A DNA stretch of 64,000 nt from Myxococcota bacterium. GTDB taxonomy: Bacteria > Myxococcota_A > UBA796 > GCA-2862545. How positions within the stretch are numbered: the first letter of the stretch is position 1; each line of letters opens with the position of its first letter. Under the pieces are notes generated by a model. The model did not search any database and was not told where the DNA came from. It was given only the letters and a program-made list of their open reading frames with translations. Positions 56,203 through 64,000 of this stretch are shown piece after piece. Made by a program: the position numbers and the translations under genes. The stretch covers positions 1 to 64,000 of the forward strand of contig JBCCQY010000025.1 in assembly GCA_039208735.1 (NCBI GenBank), read 5' to 3'.

Positions 56203-58701
56203 GTGAAGTTCAACCAAGACAATCGCTCGGTGCAGACCTCGGCGGCAGCCTCCGCGAGCCGCACCGTCTTCCGCCTCGGACAGCGCCTGGCCGTCGTGCT
56301 CCTCGTTGCGGGCTGGTCCTCGGTCGCGTTCGGACAGGAACCCATCGTCGAGAAGCGCTCGGACGGCACGACGGTGGTTTCGCCGCCCAACCCGGTCAAG
56401 ATTGGCGACCAGGTGGCCCCGGACCCCAGCCGTGCGTCGAAAGTGTCGCTCACCTTCGGGCCCGAGACGTCGATCTACGACCTCATTCTGTTCTTTGCTC
56501 CGATCAAGCGGATCAACTTTGTGATCAGCGACATCAAGGAGCTTCAGAACCAGAAGGTCACGATCATCTCGAACCAGGAAGTCGCCGGCAGTGCAGCGTG
56601 GGAGGCGTTTCTCTCGGCGCTCGAGGTCAGCGGATACAGCCTGTCGATTGTGGGCGACACTGCGAAGGTCGTGAAGTCAGCCGAAGCGGGGAAGAAGCCC
56701 ATTCGCATCGGCAAGGTGGGCGACCCCATCCGATCGAGCGACGACTACGTCACGCACCTCATCCAGCTCAACAACACCCGTGTCGATGACATGCTCAAGG
56801 TCATCCAAACGATGGCCCCGAGCGAGGCCAAGATCGTGGCCTACCCGCCGACGAATACGCTCATCATCACGGACACGGCGTCGAACATTCGCAAGCTGTA
56901 CGAGGTGATGAACGAACTTGACGTGGCCGCACCGAAGTCGACGCTGAAGATCTACCAGCTCGTTCACGCTGATGCGGCCGAGGTGAAGACGATCATCGAA
57001 GAGCTGTACGGCGGTGAGGAATCGAAGGAGCCCGAGCCGCAGAGCCGGGTTCGTCGAAGCAGCCGGGCACGGTCTCGTCGTTCGCGGACGCCCGCCAAGG
57101 AGTCGACCGAGGGCGTGTCGGCAGGGTCCGAGGCCAAGTACATTTCGAAGGTTCTCGAAGACGACCGTACCAACTCGCTCATCGTGCTCGCGAACCAAGA
57201 TGGCCACAAGGCCGTCGCCGAGCTGATGCTGAAGCTCGACGTCGACACCGATCCCACCTCGGGATCGCAGTTCCACGTCTACTACCTCGAGAATGCGAAG
57301 GCCGAGGATGTGGCTTCGGTGCTTCAGGAACTCTCGGAAGGTGGGGGCTCCGACAACCAGTCGCAGAACGTGGCGCAGCGACGGCAGGCCCAGCGCAATC
57401 GGAACCGCACCAACCCCAACGCGCCCGAGCAGAATGCCGAGGGCAAGCGGGGAGTCATTGCGGCCTTCGACTCGGGCATGCGCATCGCAGCGGACGAGAA
57501 CACAAACTCGCTCATCATCATTGCGAGCCAAGATGACTACAAGGTCATCCGCGATGTCATCGACTCGCTGGACGTCGAGCGCCGTCAGGTCTTCGTCGAC
57601 GCGGTAGTGCTCGAGCTGTCCAGTGAAGATGCAGCGTCGCTGGGGGTTGCCTACCACGCGCCGACATCGGGCAATCCCGACGGGACGGGCACCACGAGCT
57701 TCGTGGGCGCCCAGCTTGGAGCAAGTTCGCTCGGCCTTTCGCAGGATGCGCTTTCAGGCTTGGCCTTCGGCGTGTTTGGCGAAGCGATCGATGTGCCCAT
57801 CACGTTGCCCGACGGCAGCGCCAGCACGTTGGCCGTTCCGGCATTCGGGATCGCGCTCAATGCGATCAAGACGTTTGGTTCCACCAACATCATCTCGAAC
57901 CCGAACCTCACCACGCTCGATAACGAAGAGGCCGAAATCACCGTCGGTCGGAAGATTCCCTTCCCCACCTCGAGCGGTCTCAACAGCTTGGGTTCGCCCG
58001 TCATCAGCTTCCAGCGTGAAGACGTCGCCATCACGATGAAGGTCACGCCGCGCATCAACAGCGCAAACTTTGTGACGCTCGAACTCGAAGTTGAGGTCCA
58101 GGAAGTCGAAGAGAGTGCCCAGAGTTCTGCTGTCACGGCGGCGGGCGGTGGTTTCATCACCTCCGAGCGTCGGCTACAGACCGTCGCGCTCGTGCGGGAC
58201 AATCAGACGATGGTGATCGGCGGCCTGGTGGGTTCCACCGAGAGTACGAGCGAGACCAAGGTGCCGATCCTTGGCGATTTGCCGCTCATCGGCGGGTTGT
58301 TCCGGTCCCGGTCACGCCAGGACCGCAAGACCAACCTCATGATCTTCCTCACGCCGCACATCATCGATGAGCCCGAAGACATGGAAGAGATCCAGCGGGT
58401 CAAGGAAGCCCAGCGCCAGGAGTTCCTGCGTCGCTTCTACGGCCGCAGCAAGGACGATTTCTACAAGGAGCTGCAGAACCTGCTGCGCTACTCCATGAAC
58501 TTTGTGGACCAGCCCACGATGTACCGAGGGCCGCTCGACATGGCACAGAGCGTCGAGCTTTCGGATGACACGCGGGCCGCCGTGCAGTCGGCGGTGCTGA
58601 GTGCAGGGGAACAGGAGCCGGGGGCGGCCGCGGGCGAACTGCCAGAGAGCGACACCCTCATCATCGACGACCAGGCCACGCCGCCGAGCGGCAAGGAGTA
58701 G
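56203..58701 (+). CDS. gspD: type II secretion secretin GspD
   Basis: N-domains (TNTLII, RTNSLIV), QVFVDAV, TLDNEEA.ITVG, KVPILGDLP.IG.LFRS, NLMIFLTP. Confidence 0.95.
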   Translation: MKFNQDNRSVQTSAAASASRTVFRLGQRLAVVLLVAGWSSVAFGQEPIVEKRSDGTTVVSPPNPVKIGDQVAPDPSRASKVSLTFGPETSIYDLILFFAPIKRINFVISDIKELQNQKVTIISNQEVAGSAAWEAFLSALEVSGYSLSIVGDTAKVVKSAEAGKKPIRIGKVGDPIRSSDDYVTHLIQLNNTRVDDMLKVIQTMAPSEAKIVAYPPTNTLIITDTASNIRKLYEVMNELDVAAPKSTLKIYQLVHADAAEVKTIIEELYGGEESKEPEPQSRVRRSSRARSRRSRTPAKESTEGVSAGSEAKYISKVLEDDRTNSLIVLANQDGHKAVAELMLKLDVDTDPTSGSQFHVYYLENAKAEDVASVLQELSEGGGSDNQSQNVAQRRQAQRNRNRTNPNAPEQNAEGKRGVIAAFDSGMRIAADENTNSLIIIASQDDYKVIRDVIDSLDVERRQVFVDAVVLELSSEDAASLGVAYHAPTSGNPDGTGTTSFVGAQLGASSLGLSQDALSGLAFGVFGEAIDVPITLPDGSASTLAVPAFGIALNAIKTFGSTNIISNPNLTTLDNEEAEITVGRKIPFPTSSGLNSLGSPVISFQREDVAITMKVTPRINSANFVTLELEVEVQEVEESAQSSAVTAAGGGFITSERRLQTVALVRDNQTMVIGGLVGSTESTSETKVPILGDLPLIGGLFRSRSRQDRKTNLMIFLTPHIIDEPEDMEEIQRVKEAQRQEFLRRFYGRSKDDFYKELQNLLRYSMNFVDQPTMYRGPLDMAQSVELSDDTRAAVQSAVLSAGEQEPGAAAGELPESDTLIIDDQATPPSGKE

Positions 58702-58706
58702 GACCG

Positions 58707-60425
58707 ATGCCCATCCGTCGGGTCGGCATCGACGAGTCGATGCGTGAACTTGGGGTTGAAGAAGAGGCCCTGAACAAGGCAAAGACCGTCGCGAATCGCA
58801 AGGAAATTTCGTTTCGGCGAGCCGCCATGGAGGTCAAGGAGTTCGATACGAAGGCCATGGCGCAGGCCTACGCCCGGTTGTCGAACTACCCCCTTGTCGA
58901 GACGATCGACGCCGAACAGACGGACCCCGAGTACATCCGGATGATGCCGTCGACGATCGCTCGCGACAATGCGGTGTTGCCGCTGCATGTCGACGAGCAA
59001 GGCCAGCTGCACGTTGGGATTGCAGATCTCGATGCCATCGCGATTCTCGATGACCTGCGGGTGCTCTATGGCCATCCCATTCGTCCGGTCATCGTGCCGG
59101 CGGACGTGCTCGCCGACGCCATGCAGGAAGCCTACGATCGAGCGGCGCAGTCGGCCGAAGCGATCATCGAGAAGGCCGATGAAGAGGCCGAGGATGTTGG
59201 AGATGTCGATGCGCTCGATATCGACGCCGAGATTGGGGACGATCCCAACCAAGCCCCCATCATTCGCTTCGTGAACGCAGTGCTCTCGCAGGCCATCAAG
59301 GAGCGAGCGAGCGATATCCATATCGAGCCTTACGAAAAGGACCTCGTCGTGCGCTACCGCGTCGACGGTGTCCTCAAGGAAGCCATTCGGCCGAAAGCCA
59401 AGTTCAAGAACACGATCGTGGCCCGCATCAAAATCATGGCCGGTCTGAACATCGCCGAGAAGCGCCTGCCGCAGGATGGCCGCATCCGACGTAAATTCGG
59501 CGGTCGTGAGATCGACCTGCGCGTCTCGACGGTGCCCGTACGCCACGGCGAACGCGTGGTCATGCGGATCCTCGAGAAGGGCAAGGTGTTCTCGCTCGAC
59601 AAAATCGGGATGGCGGGCGATACGCTCGGCCGCTTCCGAGAGCTGATTCGTCGGCCCCACGGCATCTTGCTCGTCACGGGACCGACAGGGTCTGGGAAGT
59701 CGACCACGCTGTACTCGGCGATCACCGAGATCAACAGCCCCGACAAGAACATCCTCACCATCGAGGACCCGGTCGAGTACGAAGCGCCAGGCGTTGGCCA
59801 GGTGCAGGTGAATCACAAGATCAACCTCACCTTCGCATCCGCGCTCCGCGCGTTTCTTCGACAGGACCCCGACGTCATTCTGGTGGGCGAGATTCGAGAC
59901 TCCGAGACGGCGGCTAACGCAGTCCAAGCCTCGCTAACGGGCCACCTCGTGTTCTCGACCCTCCACACCAATGACTCCGCGACGGCGTTTGCCCGTCTGT
60001 GCGACATGGATGTGGAATCGTTTTTGGTCGCCGACACGATGCTCGGGGTCTTGGCCCAGCGCCTCGTGCGGGCGGTGTGCAAGCATTGCCGCGAGCAGTA
60101 CGTACCTGACGAGCTGGAGCTGCGCGAAATCGGGTGCACCGAAGAACAAATCAAGCAAGTGCCCAACGCGACCATCTACCGGGCTGTAGGCTGCCCGGAA
60201 TGCAACGACGTGGGCTACTCCGGTCGAACCGGCATCTACGAGTTCCTCGAAAACAGCGATGAAGTGCAGCGTTTGGTCATCCAAAACGCACCGTCGGGCC
60301 AGATCAGCCGGGCCGCGCGCGAGGCGGGCATGTTTTCGCTGTTCGAAGATGGTGTGCGCAAGGTCTTCCAGGGGGTAACCACGTTCGAGGAAGTGAAGCG
60401 CGTGACCTCTTCCGAGCTGGGGTGA
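58707..60425 (+). CDS. gspE: type II secretion ATPase GspE
   Basis: ASDIHIEP, GPTGSGKST, EDPVE, LRQDPD..GEIRD, TGHLVFSTLHTN, CKHC..CPEC. Confidence 0.95.
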   Translation: MPIRRVGIDESMRELGVEEEALNKAKTVANRKEISFRRAAMEVKEFDTKAMAQAYARLSNYPLVETIDAEQTDPEYIRMMPSTIARDNAVLPLHVDEQGQLHVGIADLDAIAILDDLRVLYGHPIRPVIVPADVLADAMQEAYDRAAQSAEAIIEKADEEAEDVGDVDALDIDAEIGDDPNQAPIIRFVNAVLSQAIKERASDIHIEPYEKDLVVRYRVDGVLKEAIRPKAKFKNTIVARIKIMAGLNIAEKRLPQDGRIRRKFGGREIDLRVSTVPVRHGERVVMRILEKGKVFSLDKIGMAGDTLGRFRELIRRPHGILLVTGPTGSGKSTTLYSAITEINSPDKNILTIEDPVEYEAPGVGQVQVNHKINLTFASALRAFLRQDPDVILVGEIRDSETAANAVQASLTGHLVFSTLHTNDSATAFARLCDMDVESFLVADTMLGVLAQRLVRAVCKHCREQYVPDELELREIGCTEEQIKQVPNATIYRAVGCPECNDVGYSGRTGIYEFLENSDEVQRLVIQNAPSGQISRAAREAGMFSLFEDGVRKVFQGVTTFEEVKRVTSSELG

Positions 60426-60428
60426 CGC

Positions 60429-61679
60429 ATGCCGGTCTATGAGTACAAGGCGCTGGACGCCGCTGGAAAGTCTGTCTCGAGTGTCATCGATGCGGATACG
60501 GCCAAGGTGGCGCGCACCCGGTTGCGCAAACAAGGCCTTTTTCCTACCGAGATCCGCGAACAGGCCGGCAAGAGTACCCGTCAGGGTGAATCCATCCTCG
60601 ACATGCAGATCGATGTCGAGAAGTACTTCCAGTTCATCACGGCTCGCGACATTTCGACCATGACCCAGCAGCTCTCGACGCTGGTGGGAGCCCACGTGCC
60701 CATGGCCGAGGCGCTGTCGGCCTTGGTCGACCAGACCGAAAAGCAGAAGCTCAAGGTCGTGCTTTCGAAGATCAAGGAACGGGTCAACGAAGGGTCGACG
60801 CTTGCCGACGCGATGGCCCAGCATCCGCGGGTGTTCGACGACCTGTTCGTGCAGATGATTCGGGCGGGCGAGAAGTCGGGGGCGTTGTCGGAGGTGCTCC
60901 ACCGCCTCGCGACGTACGCCGATGGCCAGGTGAAGCTTCAGGGCAAGATCATCTCGGCCGTGGCCTACCCCATTTTGCTCGGTCTGATGGGTACGGGCAT
61001 GCTGGCGGGCATCTTTCTGTTCGTCATTCCGCGCGTGCGGACCATGTTCGACAGCATGCCTGGCGGCGAAGAGAACCTGCCGTTCATCTCTAAGGCGGTG
61101 TTCTTCTTTGGGGATGCGCTGACCAGCTGGACGGGCTTGCTTGTGCCTGTGTTTTTGGTCGCGACGTTCCTCGTATGGCGACAGTGGGTGCGTACCGAAA
61201 ATGGTCGCGCCACCTGGGACCGTTGGCGTTTGAAGTGGCCGTTGCTCGGCAAGATGGCGCGTTTGGTTTCGGTAAGTCGCTTCTGTCGCACCATGTCGAC
61301 GTTGCTCGTGTCGGGCGTGCCCATCGTTAGTGCGCTCAAGATCACCGAAGCAGTCGTGGGCAACGTGGTCATTGGCGAAGCGGTCGTACGGGCGACCGAG
61401 AGCATTCAGGAAGGTCAGTCGATCGCGGTGCCTCTGCGCCAGTCGGGTGAGTTTCCGCCTCTTGTGACGCACATGATCGGCATCGGTGAGCGGACCGGCG
61501 AACTCGAACGCATGCTCACTGTGGTCGCCGATTCCTACGACGATCAAGTCGATGCAACGATCACCGCGCTGACCTCGCTGCTGGCGCCGTTGATGATCTT
61601 TGCCGTCGGCGGGGTGGTCTTTTTGGTCGCGCTGGGGCTCCTGCTGCCCCTGCAGAACATGATGTCGGCGATGCGCTGA
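60429..61679 (+). CDS. gspF: type II secretion inner-membrane platform protein GspF
   Basis: MPVYEYKA, AGEKSG, YP, SGVP, GERTGELE; three TM segments. Confidence 0.95.
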   Translation: MPVYEYKALDAAGKSVSSVIDADTAKVARTRLRKQGLFPTEIREQAGKSTRQGESILDMQIDVEKYFQFITARDISTMTQQLSTLVGAHVPMAEALSALVDQTEKQKLKVVLSKIKERVNEGSTLADAMAQHPRVFDDLFVQMIRAGEKSGALSEVLHRLATYADGQVKLQGKIISAVAYPILLGLMGTGMLAGIFLFVIPRVRTMFDSMPGGEENLPFISKAVFFFGDALTSWTGLLVPVFLVATFLVWRQWVRTENGRATWDRWRLKWPLLGKMARLVSVSRFCRTMSTLLVSGVPIVSALKITEAVVGNVVIGEAVVRATESIQEGQSIAVPLRQSGEFPPLVTHMIGIGERTGELERMLTVVADSYDDQVDATITALTSLLAPLMIFAVGGVVFLVALGLLLPLQNMMSAMR

Positions 61680-61707
61680 CGCAATCGAAAGAGGACGAGG
61701 AGAACAG

Positions 61708-62142
61708 ATGCAACACAGACTCGATCGGTGGCGTGAGATCGCGCGTGCGATGCTCACCGGCAACAAGCGTTCGCGTCGTCGGAACCGGCGCGGGATGTCG
61801 CTCATCGAAGTGATGGTGGTCATTGCGATCATCCTCACGCTCACGAGCGTGCTCGCGATCGGCATCTTCGGCATCTTCGGCGAAGCGCAGGCCCAGACCA
61901 CGGTGCTGACCATGGGCAAGGTCGACCAGCGCATTTCGCTGTACGTGCTCCGCAAGAAGTCGGCGCCCTCGTCGCTGTCCGAGGCCTTTGGTTCGGATGA
62001 GGTGCCGAAGGACGCTTGGGGCAACGACTTCATCTACGAGGCCAACGGCCGGAACTACGAGATTACCTCGCTCGGTTCCGATGGTGCGCCCGGCGGTACC
62101 GGCGATGCGACGGACCTCAAGTGGAGCGAGCAGAAGCAGTGA
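61708..62142 (+). CDS. gspG: major pseudopilin GspG
   Basis: G/MSLIEVMVV prepilin site; KDAWGNDFIY, SLGSDGAPGG. Confidence 0.9.
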   Translation: MQHRLDRWREIARAMLTGNKRSRRRNRRGMSLIEVMVVIAIILTLTSVLAIGIFGIFGEAQAQTTVLTMGKVDQRISLYVLRKKSAPSSLSEAFGSDEVPKDAWGNDFIYEANGRNYEITSLGSDGAPGGTGDATDLKWSEQKQ

Positions 62143-62876
62143 GCCGTCTTCGGGCCAGCCGACGCTCCCGTCACCTCCCGCGCCGCGGCATGTCGCTGCT
62201 CGAGGTCATGGTCGCGATTGCCGCCATGTTGCTGCTGTTCGCGGCGTTGGCTCCGTCGCTCTCAGGCTTTCTGGGCCTCGATGTGCAGTCGGCCGCGAGC
62301 AAGCTGGCCCACACCTACGGCCGCCTTCGCGATGAGGCGGTCATGCGGAACCTGACGTTCCGGATTGTGTACTACCCGAACGAGGGGCGCTACGTCGTCG
62401 AGCCCGGGGAACCCGGAGCCTTGATCTCTGCATCCCCTGAACGAAGGGAAGCCTACGAGGAAGAGGTCCGCAACAAACTGCGGAACATGAGCGAAGAAGA
62501 ACAGGCCGAGTGGTACCGAACCCGAAAACAGCCGTTTGAATCCCGCAAGGGTGCGAACGGCTCGCTCGACGTAAAGCTGCCCTCGGGGGTCGCCATTGGC
62601 GGCGTCTACACTCCCCAGTACGGCGAGTACATTCGACCTGGCGACAAGGTCGGAGATGGGGATGAAGATGAACCTCTCCAGGTGTTTTCGTATGTGATGA
62701 ATTCTGGCTTCACGGAACACACGCTCGTACAGATCGTGCAGATCAGCAACCCCGATGAGGGCTACACCATCGAGGTCGAACCCCTTTCGGGGGTGGTGAT
62801 TTTGCATAACGAACTCGTCGAGATTCGTGACATTCGTGAGGATCTTCCACTTGAAGGACCGGATCTCCCGTTATGA
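62139..62876 (+). CDS. gspH: minor pseudopilin (GspH position)
   Basis: Start reassigned to GTG 62139 (GTGA overlap); G/MSLLEVMV. Confidence 0.75.
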   Translation: MSRLRASRRSRHLPRRGMSLLEVMVAIAAMLLLFAALAPSLSGFLGLDVQSAASKLAHTYGRLRDEAVMRNLTFRIVYYPNEGRYVVEPGEPGALISASPERREAYEEEVRNKLRNMSEEEQAEWYRTRKQPFESRKGANGSLDVKLPSGVAIGGVYTPQYGEYIRPGDKVGDGDEDEPLQVFSYVMNSGFTEHTLVQIVQISNPDEGYTIEVEPLSGVVILHNELVEIRDIREDLPLEGPDLPL

Positions 62877-63562
62877 CGACCATTCGCTCCACCTCGCGAC
62901 GGGGCTTTTCCCTACTCGAGGTGATGATCGCACTGTCGATCCTCACCGTGAGCCTCGTCATCCTGATCCAGACACAATCGATGGCCATGGTGCTCACGCA
63001 GGAAGCGGAGATGCGCATGACGGCCACCGACCTTGCGCAGCAGAAAATGACGGAGGCATTGCTCGAGATTGAGTCGGAAGGCTTCCAAGTGCGGGACGTC
63101 TACGAGCGCGGGGACTTTGCAGACTACGGTTCGGACGGTCTGAACGTGGACGTGGGCGACGAACTCGAGGCGTTCGAGTGGGAATACTCAATCCGCGAAG
63201 TCGACATCACCATCGTGGGCGAGGCCGCGGAAAGCGCGGGCGACCTCGCGGAGGACGGTGATGAAGGCGGAGGACCACTGGGCGCGCTGTCTGGGTTGAT
63301 CGGCGGCGGCGGGGAAGACGTTGGCAACCCGTTGGCCGGCGTGGGAGGCCAGCTCACCGAGGCCCTAGGGGCGTTTGGACTCGGTTCGAGCAGCATCGCG
63401 GAATTGTTGGGCCCGTTCGTACGTGAGGTGCGCGTCCGGGTGTGGTGGGGAGGCAGCATCGAAGAAGCCGAAGAGATCGGCAACGAAGTCATTCTCACCA
63501 CCCACATCTTCGACCCCTCGGGGGCAGCGACGGCTGAAACGCCGGGGCAGGCGCCACAATGA
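62873..63562 (+). CDS. gspI: minor pseudopilin (GspI position)
   Basis: G/FSLLEVMIAL; REVRVRVWW C-terminal strand. Confidence 0.78.
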   Translation: MTTIRSTSRRGFSLLEVMIALSILTVSLVILIQTQSMAMVLTQEAEMRMTATDLAQQKMTEALLEIESEGFQVRDVYERGDFADYGSDGLNVDVGDELEAFEWEYSIREVDITIVGEAAESAGDLAEDGDEGGGPLGALSGLIGGGGEDVGNPLAGVGGQLTEALGAFGLGSSSIAELLGPFVREVRVRVWWGGSIEEAEEIGNEVILTTHIFDPSGAATAETPGQAPQ

Positions 63563-64000
63563 GCCGGTTTTCCAACCGCCGCCGCGCTCGCCGTGGCATG
63601 ACGCTGGCCGAGGTCATGGTCGCCACCGTGGTGCTCCTCGTGATGGCGATGATCATTGCGGAGTCACTCCGCAATTCCGTGATCTTCGACCAGGAACTTT
63701 CCACCCGGGATCAGACGATTCGGACGGCCCGGGTGGTGATGAGCAAGCTCAAGCGGGATCTACAGCTCGCCTACCTCACGCCGCAGGACAACGGGGCGAA
63801 TCTCGACCGGTACCGAACCGTGTTCGTGGGCTTCAACGACGAGCCTGACAAGCTGTTCTTCGCCTCACTGAACCACCAACGGATGTACCTCGACACCCGC
63901 GAATCCGATCAGACGGAAATCACGGTCTGGTGCGAGCCTTCGAATGAAGGCGATGGCTACACGTTGTTCCACCGTGAAGGCCCTCGGATCGACGAAGAAC
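63559..64000 (+). CDS. gspJ: minor pseudopilin (GspJ position), 3'-truncated by window edge
   Basis: Not in the ORF track; ATG 63559 MSRFSNRRRARRG/MTLAEVMV..RDLQLAY; open to window end. Confidence 0.8.
   Translation, partial: MSRFSNRRRARRGMTLAEVMVATVVLLVMAMIIAESLRNSVIFDQELSTRDQTIRTARVVMSKLKRDLQLAYLTPQDNGANLDRYRTVFVGFNDEPDKLFFASLNHQRMYLDTRESDQTEITVWCEPSNEGDGYTLFHREGPRIDEE

Noticed and set aside
58707..61679. Type IV pilus pilB/pilC
   Set aside because: Flanking gspC (PDZ), a gspD secretin and a GspG-type pseudopilin, with no pilT or pilMNOP, indicate type II secretion.
58488..62033. Long antisense ORFs (58488-59927, 59934-62033; likewise 8073-9359, 36859-38244, 40722-42074, 46103-47494)
   Set aside because: These are shadow frames opposite well-conserved genes, expected from high-GC codon bias, and contain no recognisable motifs.

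Overview
GC-rich, gene-dense bacterial chromosomal segment. It is probably from a Myxococcota-like lineage; this is inferred from an Asp-X repeat lipoprotein, a eukaryote-type Ser/Thr kinase, FG-GAP/ASPIC and TPR/WD40 proteins and a myxobacterial-style gsp cluster. No rRNA, tRNA, CRISPR array or mobile element was seen. Main blocks: (1) 2.4-16.6 kb, a molybdoenzyme island with a form I aerobic CO dehydrogenase (coxM-coxS-coxL, AYRCSFR motif), coxG, four XdhC-family genes, a MoeA-like/MocA fusion, moeA, mobA, a moaB fusion and an orphan sufS-sufU pair; a 32-bp operator-like palindrome precedes coxM. (2) 16.6-33.4 kb, housekeeping and signalling genes (prs, rlmL-like, recN, 5-formyl-THF cyclo-ligase with a candidate structured RNA upstream, an OmpR-family two-component pair, Fpg/Nei, an OsmC-hydrolase, rhodanese). 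(3) 33.4-38.6 kb, a metY-metX-aspartokinase/homoserine dehydrogenase operon. It is preceded by an unannotated 27-codon poly-cysteine leader peptide (MPTTHPHHRPSAGPIACCAVCWCCCMS) with competing RNA helices, the best candidate here for an undescribed cysteine-sensing attenuator. (4) 38.7-55 kb, signalling and envelope genes including a degenerate sigma54 activator. (5) 55.1-64 kb, a type II secretion operon gspC-J with a consensus sigma54 promoter and paired enhancer-like sites. Many start codons were reassigned relative to the supplied ORF track. All product calls come from motif recognition only; no searches were run.
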